Positions 1-8,586 of a stretch of DNA of 64,000 bases are shown here, piece by piece. This DNA comes from Nanobdellota archaeon (GTDB lineage Archaea > Nanobdellota > Nanobdellia > Woesearchaeales > UBA583), in contig JBMCRE010000002.1 of NCBI GenBank assembly GCA_048625195.1, positions 1,747-65,746 on the forward strand, written 5' to 3'. Under the pieces are notes generated by a model. That model worked only from the letters and a program-made list of their open reading frames with translations. It had not been told where the DNA came from and did no database searches. A program made the translations under genes and the position numbers. Position 1 is the stretch's first letter. The number at the start of each line of letters is the position of its first letter.

Positions 1-73
1 TTTACAAAATAAAAAAGTTATATTATCAATCAAACAACCTCTACATTCTGGACAACATAAAATTTTTTTTATC

Positions 74-733
74 TCATTCATTTGTCTGACCTAATGTCAT
101 TTCATAAATAAATTTGTCAGTCAAATCTATCATCTTTTTAGGGTCGTTTGTTAAAAACTCTATACAACCACTTTTTTGATCATAAAACACCCCATTTTTA
201 TCTGAATATGGATTAAAAACTATGATCTTATTTCTTATTGTTGAATCAGAGCAATTTGTGACATTATATTTAACAAAACTATCTTGTGTAAATTTTTGCA
301 AATGAACATACTTTAAAAAACTTGTAAGTTTTGTAGACCCTTTTGAAACTTGACCATTATCTGTATTATTATATTCTAAAAACGACATTTTAAAACTTAA
401 TGTATTTAATAAATTAATTCTTGTAGGTTCAATAATATAATCCATATCTTCTAAGTTTTTAATACTGCTTTCAAAATATAAATTATAAGTTATATTGCCA
501 ACCTTATAAGGAACTTTATGTAACATGCTTTGATTTTCTAAATTATTAGTGTCATCTTCAATAAATAAATAATAACCTAAATATAATATTCCAAATACAC
601 ATAGAAACACCAAAATAACCAATATATAATGGTACCAAGAAGGCTCTTGCTCAATGATATCTTCTACTTGATTGTCTTTATCAATATTTTGTTTTTTATT
701 CAAACTCTGATTTGAATTTGCATTTCTTTTCAT
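74..733 (-). CDS. hypothetical membrane-anchored protein
   Basis: 219-codon ORF, long for AT-rich DNA where stop codons are frequent. Basic N-terminus, then one hydrophobic helix (WYHYILVILVFLCVFGILYLGYYLF). No motif recognised. Confidence 0.55.
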   Translation of the reverse strand: MKRNANSNQSLNKKQNIDKDNQVEDIIEQEPSWYHYILVILVFLCVFGILYLGYYLFIEDDTNNLENQSMLHKVPYKVGNITYNLYFESSIKNLEDMDYIIEPTRINLLNTLSFKMSFLEYNNTDNGQVSKGSTKLTSFLKYVHLQKFTQDSFVKYNVTNCSDSTIRNKIIVFNPYSDKNGVFYDQKSGCIEFLTNDPKKMIDLTDKFIYEMTLGQTNE

Positions 734-848
734 TATAAAAATAACTAGTTATTATTAATATATAAAAGTAACTATAACATTAAATTTCTATTTAATATAT
801 ATTTTATCTTTATATTTTAATTTAAAATTATATTATATTTTAAAAAAG

Positions 849-1232
849 TTAATTAAATAGTATTTCTAATTGATTTGGATCCATCTTTATTTCCTTTACG
901 ATTTTACTTGGACCTATAACAGTAATTCCCATTCTATCTTTTGCTAATAATTTTAATAAAGAATCACGAAATTTGTCAATTATATTTTTTGACTTTACAG
1001 AATTCAAGTATGCAACTTCAATTCCAGTAAATTTAGAAGAATAAATCGACAATGCTTTAGTGATTAATTCTGCCTCTAAAATTGGATTTAATTTCCCTTC
1101 AATCATGACTACGTGGCCTAATTTTACTATATCTAAAATCTTTTTTATCTTTTGAGAATTACTATAATTCTTCAATAATTCATATGACAAGACTTGAACT
1201 CCCATTTTAAAAAAACTCCTTAAATATTGCAT
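849..1232 (-). CDS. small conserved archaeal protein coupled to the GTPase gene (DUF2073-like, recalled from memory)
   Basis: 127-codon ORF immediately downstream of the GTPase. The ORF-track start overlaps the GTPase by 26 nt. An alternative ATG at 1205 lies 1 nt after the GTPase stop. Family assignment is by recollection of gene context only. Confidence 0.55.
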   Translation of the reverse strand: MQYLRSFFKMGVQVLSYELLKNYSNSQKIKKILDIVKLGHVVMIEGKLNPILEAELITKALSIYSSKFTGIEVAYLNSVKSKNIIDKFRDSLLKLLAKDRMGITVIGPSKIVKEIKMDPNQLEILFN

Positions 1233-1842
1233 TATATAATTCCTCTACACCCTCTCCATTTTTTGCAGAAATGCCTACAAGAGGATAATCTGGAAATACT
1301 AGTTTTATCTTTTCTACATTAGAAGACTTTAAATCTATCTTGTTTGCAACAACTATTATTTTTTTATTTTTTGCAATCAAGTTTCCTATTAAAGTTATAT
1401 TAACTTGACTATATGGATTCAATGTAGAGTCCAAGACAACAAGTACAGCATCAACATTGTCAAGCCATTTAATACTTTCAATCACTCCTTGGGTTGCCTC
1501 TTTTGCTCTTATTTTTGCTTCATTTTTTTTAACACCTTTTTTAACAAAATTCTCATAATCAATTTTTGTTGCAATTCCAGGAGTATCAATTAAATTAAAG
1601 TTTAAAGTTTTACCTTTATTTTTTATTTCTAATTTTTCAATTTTTTGGACTTCTCTTGTTTCGTGTTCAAGAGATGATGTTGAAAATTTTTGAGCATCTT
1701 TACCTAAAATATCTTCAATTATCTTATTTGCTAAGGTAGACTTACCTGCATTAGGTGGTCCGTATAATCCTAAACTTAATTTTTTTTTTTTCTTGAAAAA
1801 GTTTAAGAAACCAAATATATTATTTAAAAAAGTTTTTACCAT
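1207..1842 (-). CDS. small GTP-binding protein
   Basis: Ordered GTPase motifs: G1 GPPNAGKST, G3 DTPG, G4 NKID, G5 SAK. Confidence 0.85.
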   Translation of the reverse strand: MVKTFLNNIFGFLNFFKKKKKLSLGLYGPPNAGKSTLANKIIEDILGKDAQKFSTSSLEHETREVQKIEKLEIKNKGKTLNFNLIDTPGIATKIDYENFVKKGVKKNEAKIRAKEATQGVIESIKWLDNVDAVLVVLDSTLNPYSQVNITLIGNLIAKNKKIIVVANKIDLKSSNVEKIKLVFPDYPLVGISAKNGEGVEELYNAIFKEFF

Positions 1843-2207
1843 ATATTATTATAAACTTAATCTTTTTTAAAATTTTGTTTTTACTAATACGAAAACTATA
1901 TGTTTTATCTTAAATTATAGAAAATACTTTTTAGTGAAATAAGATAATAACAATTAAAAATTCTGTTTAAGAAAATTTTAAACATTATACTGTTATAATT
2001 AATTGTTCAGATAACTTTTAAACAATAAAAATTAAAAAAAATTTGGCTAATTGTAAGCATAAAATATATTAGATTATGACAAAACGTTATAAACATATAG
2101 ATAATTTTTATTAACTTTATATCCAAAAAATTGCATTACCATCTAACTTTTAATATATATCAATAATGTTTCTCAATTAGAAGTAAAAATTCTAGCTATG
2201 CGTACTT

Positions 2208-2444
2208 CTATAAGAACCCCTCTATGATTGATAAAATATTGTAAACTTCATTGCGAGTATAAGAATCGATGCTTGGTATATTAGAGAGATATTCCAAATT
2301 ATCTTGTATTTTAATTAAATTGTCTTGTGTCAATTCATTATCAAACATTTTTATAATAATCTCTATTTGCAATTTTGCTTTAAATGGTGCATCTTCAATT
2401 AAATTTGTTAATATTTCTATTATTTCTTTAACTTCTTGTTGCAT
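2208..2444 (-). CDS. UPF0147-family small helical protein
   Basis: 78 aa, all-helical pattern (..LIEDAPF...LEYLSNIPSIDSYTRNEVYNILSIIE) resembling archaeal UPF0147 proteins. Last gene of the rpl37ae-rpoP-pcc1 string. Confidence 0.55.
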   Translation of the reverse strand: MQQEVKEIIEILTNLIEDAPFKAKLQIEIIIKMFDNELTQDNLIKIQDNLEYLSNIPSIDSYTRNEVYNILSIIEGFL

Positions 2445-2445
2445 T

Positions 2446-2676
2446 TTAAATTTTAAGTGTTTTATCTATTACTTCTAAGCTTTTAATAATTGCACTATGA
2501 GCTATTTTAAACTCTATAATAGAATCGCATAACACTTCTACCTCTATTTTATTTTTCATTAAAATATTTATCTTAATATTTTTTGTTCTAAAATTAAAAT
2601 CTTCTTGAGCTAATAAGTTATAATATAACTCATTAGAATCTTCAAAGTCTAAATAAAAATTTGATTTAAATCTCAT
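2446..2676 (-). CDS. pcc1: KEOPS complex subunit Pcc1-like
   Basis: 76 aa. The pattern IEVEVLCDSIIEFKIAHSAIIKSLEVIDKTL resembles Pcc1/CTAG family proteins. Its start overlaps the rpoP stop (ATGA). Its position after rpl37ae-rpoP matches the archaeal exosome/translation superoperon. Confidence 0.55.
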   Translation of the reverse strand: MRFKSNFYLDFEDSNELYYNLLAQEDFNFRTKNIKINILMKNKIEVEVLCDSIIEFKIAHSAIIKSLEVIDKTLKI

Positions 2677-2813
2677 CTGGCTTTTATAGGTTCTAAAATT
2701 CTATCTTGTTTTTTTTCTAATGCTTTTGCTGAGCAAAAAGGACATCTTATCTTTCTCTCTACAAGCACTTTACTTATAGACTTTTTACAATTACTGCATA
2801 TGTATTCTACCAT
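2673..2813 (-). CDS. rpoP: DNA-directed RNA polymerase subunit P (Rpo12)
   Basis: Not in the ORF track. Hand translation of the minus strand gives a 46-aa protein, MVEYICSNCKKSISKVLVERKIRCPFCSAKALEKKQDRILEPIKAR. It has CxxC...CxxC and the RCPxC motif typical of RpoP. It starts 4 nt after the rpl37ae stop, and its TGA overlaps the pcc1 ATG. Confidence 0.75.
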   Translation of the reverse strand: MVEYICSNCKKSISKVLVERKIRCPFCSAKALEKKQDRILEPIKAR

Positions 2814-2817
2814 TTTA

Positions 2818-3033
2818 TCAATAAGGTCTATACGCTTTTCCTACAAAAATTTTGTTACAAGAACCACATTCCCATATTCCATAAGCCTTTCTTCTAACCT
2901 TATGGTCTTTACCACAAAACATACATTTATGTTTTCCTCTAGACATCTTTTCAATATCACTAACTTTTCTTCTAAGGATATTTCCTCCTCTTGCACCAAA
3001 TCTCCCTGCAGTTCCTTGTTTTCTTGTAGCCAT
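2818..3033 (-). CDS. rpl37ae: 50S ribosomal protein L37Ae (eL43)
   Basis: MATRKQGTAGRFGARGG...CMFCGK...WECGSCNKIFVGKAYRP, a typical eL43 zinc ribbon. The ORF-track N-terminal extension (to 3150) is low-complexity and runs into the promoter region. Start placed at the MATRKQG methionine. Confidence 0.9.
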   Translation of the reverse strand: MATRKQGTAGRFGARGGNILRRKVSDIEKMSRGKHKCMFCGKDHKVRRKAYGIWECGSCNKIFVGKAYRPY

Positions 3034-3158
3034 TTTAATATTTTTGATATTATTTAAATAAATAATAATTTGTTTTGTTTTATAAAAATTACTAGTAATA
3101 AGAAATAAAATTTTCTTTATAAATATTTGGAAAATATAGATAATTTCCAAAGATTAAG

Positions 3159-3166
3159 TTTATAAA
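3159..3166 (+). promoter_or_regulatory. TATA box (TTTATAAA) for aIF2-beta
   Basis: The first T lies 29 nt upstream of the ATG at 3188. The same motif and spacing recur across the window. Confidence 0.5.
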
Positions 3167-3187
3167 ACAGGTTTTATTTATTTTATT

Positions 3188-3586
3188 ATGGAAGATAGTG
3201 AATATTTAAAACTTTTAGATAACGGATATGAAAATTTGCCTGATATTTTATATAAAAAAGGTAGATTTGAAATCCCAAAAGTAAAGGGTAAATTAATTAA
3301 AACAAGAACTATAATTGTTAATTTTAGAGAAATTGCAAATACTTTTTTACGAAACGAAAATTTCTTACTAAAATTTTTTCTAAAAGAAGCAGGAGTTAGA
3401 GGTGAAATTGATACTAGAGGGGCTTTAGTATTACATTCAAGATTTCAACCAACAATATTAAATAAAATTGTTGAAAAATTTTATGAATTATATGTAGAAT
3501 GTCCTCACTGTAGAAGTCCTGATACAGAATTAGATAGTACAAATAATTTAACTTGTAAAGCTTGTGGATTTACTCAAAAAATTTAA
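3188..3586 (+). CDS. eif2b: translation initiation factor aIF2 subunit beta
   Basis: eIF2-beta/eIF5 family pattern with C-terminal zinc ribbon CPHCRSPDT...CKACG. Confidence 0.9.
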   Translation: MEDSEYLKLLDNGYENLPDILYKKGRFEIPKVKGKLIKTRTIIVNFREIANTFLRNENFLLKFFLKEAGVRGEIDTRGALVLHSRFQPTILNKIVEKFYELYVECPHCRSPDTELDSTNNLTCKACGFTQKI

Positions 3587-3587
3587 A

Positions 3588-3887
3588 ATGAGTGAAATAA
3601 TAAATATCATTACTTTGGAAAAATTAGAAAAGTATACTAATATAACAAAAAAAGCATTAGATAAAATAAAATTCTGCAATCCTACCAAAACACATCTAGA
3701 TATCATTACAAAAGATTATTATAATATGGCTAAAACTTACTATGAAGACTCAATTCATTTTAAAAAAAATGGTGATTATATAAATGCTTTTGCAGCCTTA
3801 AACTATGCTCATGGATGGTTAGATGCAGGAGCAAGAATAGGATTATTCGATGTAGACCATGACAATGTCTTATTTACAGTAGACTAA
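3588..3887 (+). CDS. DUF357-family protein
   Basis: C-terminal ALNYAHGWLDAGARIGLF motif typical of archaeal DUF357. The ATG at 3588 lies 1 nt after the aIF2-beta stop. The ORF-track start at 3564 overlaps aIF2-beta. Confidence 0.6.
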   Translation: MSEIINIITLEKLEKYTNITKKALDKIKFCNPTKTHLDIITKDYYNMAKTYYEDSIHFKKNGDYINAFAALNYAHGWLDAGARIGLFDVDHDNVLFTVD

Positions 3888-3907
3888 TAATTAAAATTTT
3901 TATCTTT

Positions 3908-5329
3908 TTAATTTAAAGAATTACTTAGAATTTTTGATTTCAACTTTACAAACTCTGATTTATATATTTCAACTGGAAATAACTTATAGAAAGTGTTTTC
4001 TTTAATTTGTGTCATTTTTAAATTATCATGAAATGGGAGACTTCCCTTAGCAGCAGATAACAAATAAGACTTTAAATCTTGAATTTGAACTTCTACAACA
4101 AAATCTTTTGGATTATTGTAAAAATAATTTATTCTTTCATTTAAAAAAGATTTTATAGTCTTATTTTGTGTCAAATCAACAATTTCTTTAATTTTATTGA
4201 TAGATGGATTAGGAACTGCTATATCATAAACAGCTTTCCAAACTGTATATTCACCAGAACTATATTTATTTAAAAGTTTTTTTCCAAATTTTTTAAAAGA
4301 ATTTTTTTCTCTTTTTCTTGTTGAACTTCCACCTAAAAAATTTTCTAATTCATCAATTAGACTTGGAATATCTTCTGAATTATCAGCTACTATTTTTAAT
4401 CCTATTATATCATGAATCTGATTTGGAAATTCTAAATTTTTTCTAATCATTTTTTCAACAACTGAAGTATAAGATATCTGAGTATCTCTTTTTAATTTAT
4501 TTCGCAATGCTATATTTACTATCTTATTATTATGTTTTGTAGAAAAAGATTTTGTTTGAAATATTTGCATATCATAAATTTTAGATGCCAAAGCTTGCCT
4601 TTTTTTACAAGTTTTAACATAATTTTTTATTGCTTGCTTTTCTCTGGTAAATAGATTTAATTTATATGATTCATCTGCCCAAAAAAAATATATTTTATTT
4701 CTATTCTTCTTTTTATATAAATGTGTAACTAAAGCTTTTTTTATTTTTTCCATTGCAAAATCTAAATCTTCAATAGTATATGTTTTATCTATTCTTGCAA
4801 GTAAAATGATTAATCCTAACTTTCTTAATACTGAAAATCGTATAATTGGACTACTATTGTGTTGATACAATAAATATAATTCATAAATGTCTGAACAATC
4901 TTGTAATTCTTTAATTTCATTTAGTATAGACATTAATTCTTGTGAAAATCTTGCTTGATTTAAGATTTCTAATATCACTTTTGATGCTATAGAGGAATAT
5001 ATTTTGAATTTTTTTTGATTTTCATTATATGTTTTTTCATATCCTATATAATTAAATTTGACATTAAGATAATTGTTTAATTCTTCTTTAATTTTACTTT
5101 TAGAATAATGATGATTATTTATTATTTCTAAAAACTTAAGTGTATTTTCAAAATTGTTTATGAATTTAGGATCAAAATATTGGTATTTAGTTTTAAAATT
5201 CTGAACCTCTTTTGGTATTTCAAGATAAATATTATCAATTAATAATAAAGTACCTATGTCTTTATCATTTAGATTTGGGTTTGTTTTCCTATATAGTGGT
5301 ATTTTTTCAAAATAATTATGTGCTCTCAT
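3908..5329 (-). CDS. RelA/SpoT-domain (alarmone synthetase-like) nucleotidyltransferase with unrecognised N-terminal domain
   Basis: The C-terminal ~200 aa carry ordered RelA/SpoT synthetase-fold motifs. They are LKRDTQISYTSVVEKMIRK, HDIIGLKIV (DxxGxR-like), EYTVWKAVYDIAV, VVEVQIQD (EVQIRT-like) and FHDNLK (HxxYK-like). The N-terminal ~270 aa are unrecognised. Confidence 0.5.
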   Translation of the reverse strand: MRAHNYFEKIPLYRKTNPNLNDKDIGTLLLIDNIYLEIPKEVQNFKTKYQYFDPKFINNFENTLKFLEIINNHHYSKSKIKEELNNYLNVKFNYIGYEKTYNENQKKFKIYSSIASKVILEILNQARFSQELMSILNEIKELQDCSDIYELYLLYQHNSSPIIRFSVLRKLGLIILLARIDKTYTIEDLDFAMEKIKKALVTHLYKKKNRNKIYFFWADESYKLNLFTREKQAIKNYVKTCKKRQALASKIYDMQIFQTKSFSTKHNNKIVNIALRNKLKRDTQISYTSVVEKMIRKNLEFPNQIHDIIGLKIVADNSEDIPSLIDELENFLGGSSTRKREKNSFKKFGKKLLNKYSSGEYTVWKAVYDIAVPNPSINKIKEIVDLTQNKTIKSFLNERINYFYNNPKDFVVEVQIQDLKSYLLSAAKGSLPFHDNLKMTQIKENTFYKLFPVEIYKSEFVKLKSKILSNSLN

Positions 5330-5521
5330 TTCTTATTTGTATCTTTGAGTAATAAATATAAAGATATATAATTAATTAAAAACTTTTCTAAAAATATTAA
5401 ATTTTCTTAATGGTAAATATACTCATATATGTAATACGTCTGATTTGTCTTAGATATCTGTTTAAAATTTAAACTATAATAAAACAATAATCTTATTAAT
5501 AAAAGTGTATCTTTAGAAATC

Positions 5522-6388
5522 ATGATAGAAGAATTAAAAAATAAATTAGTATTATGCATTATGAATACTAAAAACTTAAGACATTTAGATTCTTTTTTTG
5601 TAAAGAATCGTTTAGAAAAATATATATTAACATATGCTGATTCCTTTAAAAAACTAAAAATTGAAGTAAATCGCAAAGGTATTGAAAAAATTGAAAAAGA
5701 TAAAGAATTTAAAAAAATAATAAAAAATATAAGAGATGATTTAAGAATACTTTATGGTAGTTTTTTAACAAACGATTTTTTAAAAATTAAGAAGATAAAC
5801 TTAAAAAAATCTAATCTAAATATTAATGAATACTTAAAACTTCATAAATCTACAAAAGAAAGAATAGATTATTATGAACAAATCTATGATGAAATTTTTG
5901 ATTGGTATAAACCTAAAAAAATTGCCGATTTGGCGTGTGGTTTAAATCCTTTAAGTTATAATCTTATAGAAAAAAAATTAAATTATAAACCTTTCTTTTT
6001 AGCAGTTGATTTGAGTAGTCAAGATATGTTATTTTTAAATAATTTTTTTCGAGAAAACAATATCGATGGACTTGCTCAAAATTATGATATAACTGAGTTA
6101 AATTTTTTAGATAATAAAAAATTCAAAAGATGTGATATGGTATTTTTTTTTAAGGCTCTTGATAGTTTTGAATATATAAAGAAAAATATTTCTAAAAAAA
6201 TAATACAAGAAATAAAGATTAATAAAATCGTAGTAAGTTTTGCAACTAAATCTTTGATTGCAAAAAAAGAGTTTAAAAAAGAGCGAAGAAACTGGTTTTT
6301 TAATTTTTTAGAAAAACAAAATTACGATTATAAAGTTTTTGAAGTAGAAAACGAAATGTTTATTTTAATTGATAAAAGTATTAAATAG
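5522..6388 (+). CDS. FmrO/ArmA/Rmt-family 16S rRNA (guanine1405-N7) methyltransferase homolog
   Basis: Five blocks occur in order: LHKSTKERIDYYEQIYDEIF, ADLACGLNPLSY, DMVFFFKALDSFE, IVVSFATKSLIAKK, NEMFILIDK. They line up with blocks I recall from ArmA/RmtB: IHSSTNERV, LDFGCGFNPLAL, DVVFLLKMLPVL, FVISFPIKSLSGK, NELVYI. Confidence 0.7.
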   Translation: MIEELKNKLVLCIMNTKNLRHLDSFFVKNRLEKYILTYADSFKKLKIEVNRKGIEKIEKDKEFKKIIKNIRDDLRILYGSFLTNDFLKIKKINLKKSNLNINEYLKLHKSTKERIDYYEQIYDEIFDWYKPKKIADLACGLNPLSYNLIEKKLNYKPFFLAVDLSSQDMLFLNNFFRENNIDGLAQNYDITELNFLDNKKFKRCDMVFFFKALDSFEYIKKNISKKIIQEIKINKIVVSFATKSLIAKKEFKKERRNWFFNFLEKQNYDYKVFEVENEMFILIDKSIK

Positions 6389-6560
6389 TTTAAGATTTGC
6401 TAATCCGTTTAAATAATCAAATTGTTTATTACTATACTTTCAAAATATTTTGTTTGATTATATATAATTTGAGGTAACTGTGAACATTTATAAGTAATAA
6501 AAAATAATTATAAAATTATGTTTTATTACTTATTACTTATTGTTAGAATGGAATAATTCT

Positions 6561-7691
6561 ATGTTTATAATAAAAATAACAAAAATGGCTCTAAATAATA
6601 TTTACAAATACAAAAAAGCAATTTTTTTTTTTTCAAGGAAACAACTTACTCTACTTTTAATTGTAATGCTCCTTAGTATTATTGGTATGATTTTTATATT
6701 AACAGAGAATAAATTAAATAAAAATATATTAGAAAATACCGATTCTGAATTAATAGAAAAAAAAAATAAAGAAGAAAATAATACAAATATGATAAAATAC
6801 AATGATGAGCTACAATTTAAGGATACCAATGTTTTATGTCCTGAAAATTTTGTTGCTATACCAGGTGGATTTGATGTTGATGGAAATGGAATTAATGAAA
6901 GTTGGTTTTGTGTTATGAAATATGAGGCAAAAAAAGGTAAAAATAATGAGCCTATTTCAATTCCTGAAAAAAGACCTTGGGTTAGTATTTCACAAAACGA
7001 AGCACGTGAAAAATGTCAAAGTCTTGGAAAAGGATACTCTTTAATTACAAATAAACAATGGATACAAATTGCTAAAATTGCAGCACATGTTGATGAAAAC
7101 TGGATTTCAGGTAAAGTAGGCAATGGATCACTTATAAGAGGACATAGTGATAAAAATCCCTATAAAACATTAGAGGCATCTACAGATGATAATGATGGGT
7201 TTTATAAAACTGGCACTAATGCTGATGATTCTCAAAAACGTACCTTTATTATTAAAAATGGAGTTTTAGGATATGATTCAAATTTTTCTTCAAATTATCA
7301 AGGAGTAGTTTGGGATATTGCTGGCAACATTTGGGAGTGGAATAATGATACAATTGATTGTTCTGCAGGGTATCCTTGTATAAACATGCCTCAACCTTCT
7401 AATTCTCAAAATTATGAGTTAAATGAATTTACAGAATCTGGAAAATATTTTAAAACATTTGAGCTTATAAGACCAAATTCTTATTGGAATAGTACAGAGA
7501 ATATTGGTAGAGTATATTCTGCTGGTAATAAACCAGTACCTGAAGGTAACCAACATGGGCTTGCAAGAGGTGGAATTTGGTATGATGAAAATGACGCCGG
7601 TCTTTTTACAGCATATTTTGGTATTGCTCCATCATTTTCAAAATATACTATAGGTTTTAGATGTACCTATGTTCCAAATTTTGAATCTTAA
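6561..7691 (+). CDS. membrane-anchored SUMF1/FGE-sulfatase (C-type lectin fold) domain protein
   Basis: N-terminal TM helix (LTLLLIVMLLSIIGMIFIL). Domain motifs are PWVSISQNEAREKC, WDIAGNIWEWNND, ARGGIWYD and a terminal GFRC. The start is uncertain: TTG 6540 in the ORF track, ATG 6561 or ATG 6585. Confidence 0.7.
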   Translation: MFIIKITKMALNNIYKYKKAIFFFSRKQLTLLLIVMLLSIIGMIFILTENKLNKNILENTDSELIEKKNKEENNTNMIKYNDELQFKDTNVLCPENFVAIPGGFDVDGNGINESWFCVMKYEAKKGKNNEPISIPEKRPWVSISQNEAREKCQSLGKGYSLITNKQWIQIAKIAAHVDENWISGKVGNGSLIRGHSDKNPYKTLEASTDDNDGFYKTGTNADDSQKRTFIIKNGVLGYDSNFSSNYQGVVWDIAGNIWEWNNDTIDCSAGYPCINMPQPSNSQNYELNEFTESGKYFKTFELIRPNSYWNSTENIGRVYSAGNKPVPEGNQHGLARGGIWYDENDAGLFTAYFGIAPSFSKYTIGFRCTYVPNFES

Positions 7692-7783
7692 TAACTACAA
7701 ATACTATCTAAAACTTATTATGTATATTTTTTTAATAAATTTTAAATTAATTAAATTGATAAATATATTTTTAATTAAGAATC

Positions 7784-7815
7784 AAAAAAAGTCAATTCCT
7801 TTTTTGACTTATTTT
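7784..7815. terminator. hairpin with T-runs between convergent genes
   Basis: AAAAAAAGTCAA (7784-7795) pairs with TTGACTTATTTT (7804-7815) with one mismatch, around an 8-nt loop. It lies between the ends of the FGE-domain gene (+) and the HD hydrolase gene (-). Confidence 0.3.
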
Positions 7816-8416
7816 ATTTCAATAATTCATATACATAAAACTTATATAACCACATCTTTTTAGTTTGAGGTATTTTTTTTTTGAAAATTTTATACATTTC
7901 TAAATAGTATAACAAAATTTCTTTTTTATCACAGTGAAAGTTATTACAAAACAAATCTTCAAATTGTTTGTTTTCTTGATAAATAGATTCTAAATTAGAA
8001 AATTTGTCTGCAAATTCTAATAGTATTTCTCGCATTGATGCATTTTTAGTTTTGTATATTTTCTCTATTTTTCTTTTAAAAGACGTATTAATTGTTGTAT
8101 GACATTGACTATTATTTAATGTTTTAAAGTTATTATCTGAAATTATACTTTGATCGGTTGCAAATAAAACTAAATTTACTATGTCATCATTAAAATTATT
8201 TTTTAAATCTTCAATTGTGCAACTAGTATCTTCTAGTAAATCATGTAAAATTCCTGCACAAATTAAATTAATATCTGCATTTTCTTCAATTAAAATTACT
8301 GCAACATTTAAAGGATGACTAATAAAAGGTATTTGGGTAACTTTTCTTAACTGCCCTTTATGATAAAAATTGGCAAATTCAAGTGCTTTAACAATATTTA
8401 CATCTAAACTATACAT
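7814..8416 (-). CDS. HD-domain (p)ppGpp hydrolase-like protein (small alarmone hydrolase type)
   Basis: N-terminal block ALEFANFYHKGQLRKVTQIPFISHPLNVAVILIEENADINLICAGILHDLLEDT matches the SpoT/Mesh1 hydrolase HD signature (H..Q.R, HP..VA, HD..ED). Confidence 0.75.
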   Translation of the reverse strand: MYSLDVNIVKALEFANFYHKGQLRKVTQIPFISHPLNVAVILIEENADINLICAGILHDLLEDTSCTIEDLKNNFNDDIVNLVLFATDQSIISDNNFKTLNNSQCHTTINTSFKRKIEKIYKTKNASMREILLEFADKFSNLESIYQENKQFEDLFCNNFHCDKKEILLYYLEMYKIFKKKIPQTKKMWLYKFYVYELLK

Positions 8417-8556
8417 AATTATATATGATTTCTATATATATAAAGGTTTTTACTTTCATTTGAAAAATTCTACTTTAAATTAAAAAATTATTAAATCAAA
8501 CAATAAATGTTTAATGGTATCTTTTCATATTCTCTACTTAAAAGAAAGGATAAATA

Positions 8557-8564
8557 TTTATAAA
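8557..8564 (+). promoter_or_regulatory. TATA box (TTTATAAA)
   Basis: The first T lies 30 nt upstream of the ATG at 8587. Confidence 0.5.
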
Positions 8565-8586
8565 ATAAATTCTTATTACTTATTTA

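Noticed and set aside
1-73. Open frame on the minus strand running off the window start (..LCCPECRGCLIDNITFLFCK), possibly a Zn-ribbon gene
   Set aside because: Only about 20 codons are visible, with no ATG in frame inside the window, so it cannot be supported.
3034-3150. N-terminal 39-residue extension of the L37Ae ORF
   Set aside because: The extension is I/K/F-rich and absent from eL43 proteins. The conserved protein starts at MATRKQG, and the extension would cover the divergent promoter region.
6622-6633. T12 homopolymer in the 5' coding region of the FGE-domain gene, as a possible slipped-strand phase-variation tract
   Set aside because: In DNA this AT-rich, a run of this length is expected about once per window by chance (my rough estimate). 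Similar A/T runs occur in other genes, such as 1785-1797. There is no evidence of length variation.
6561-7813. Possible diversity-generating retroelement target. FGE-sulfatase/C-type-lectin-fold proteins ending in GFRC are typical DGR variable proteins in DPANN archaea.
   Set aside because: I found no reverse transcriptase ORF in the window. I also found no template-repeat copy of the 3' ~130 nt of the gene downstream or elsewhere by eye. A genome-wide search would still be worthwhile.
7669-7863. 64-aa ORF spanning the convergent intergenic region between the FGE-domain gene and the HD hydrolase gene
   Set aside because: It overlaps the ends of both flanking genes and the hairpin/T-run region, and its sequence is low-complexity.
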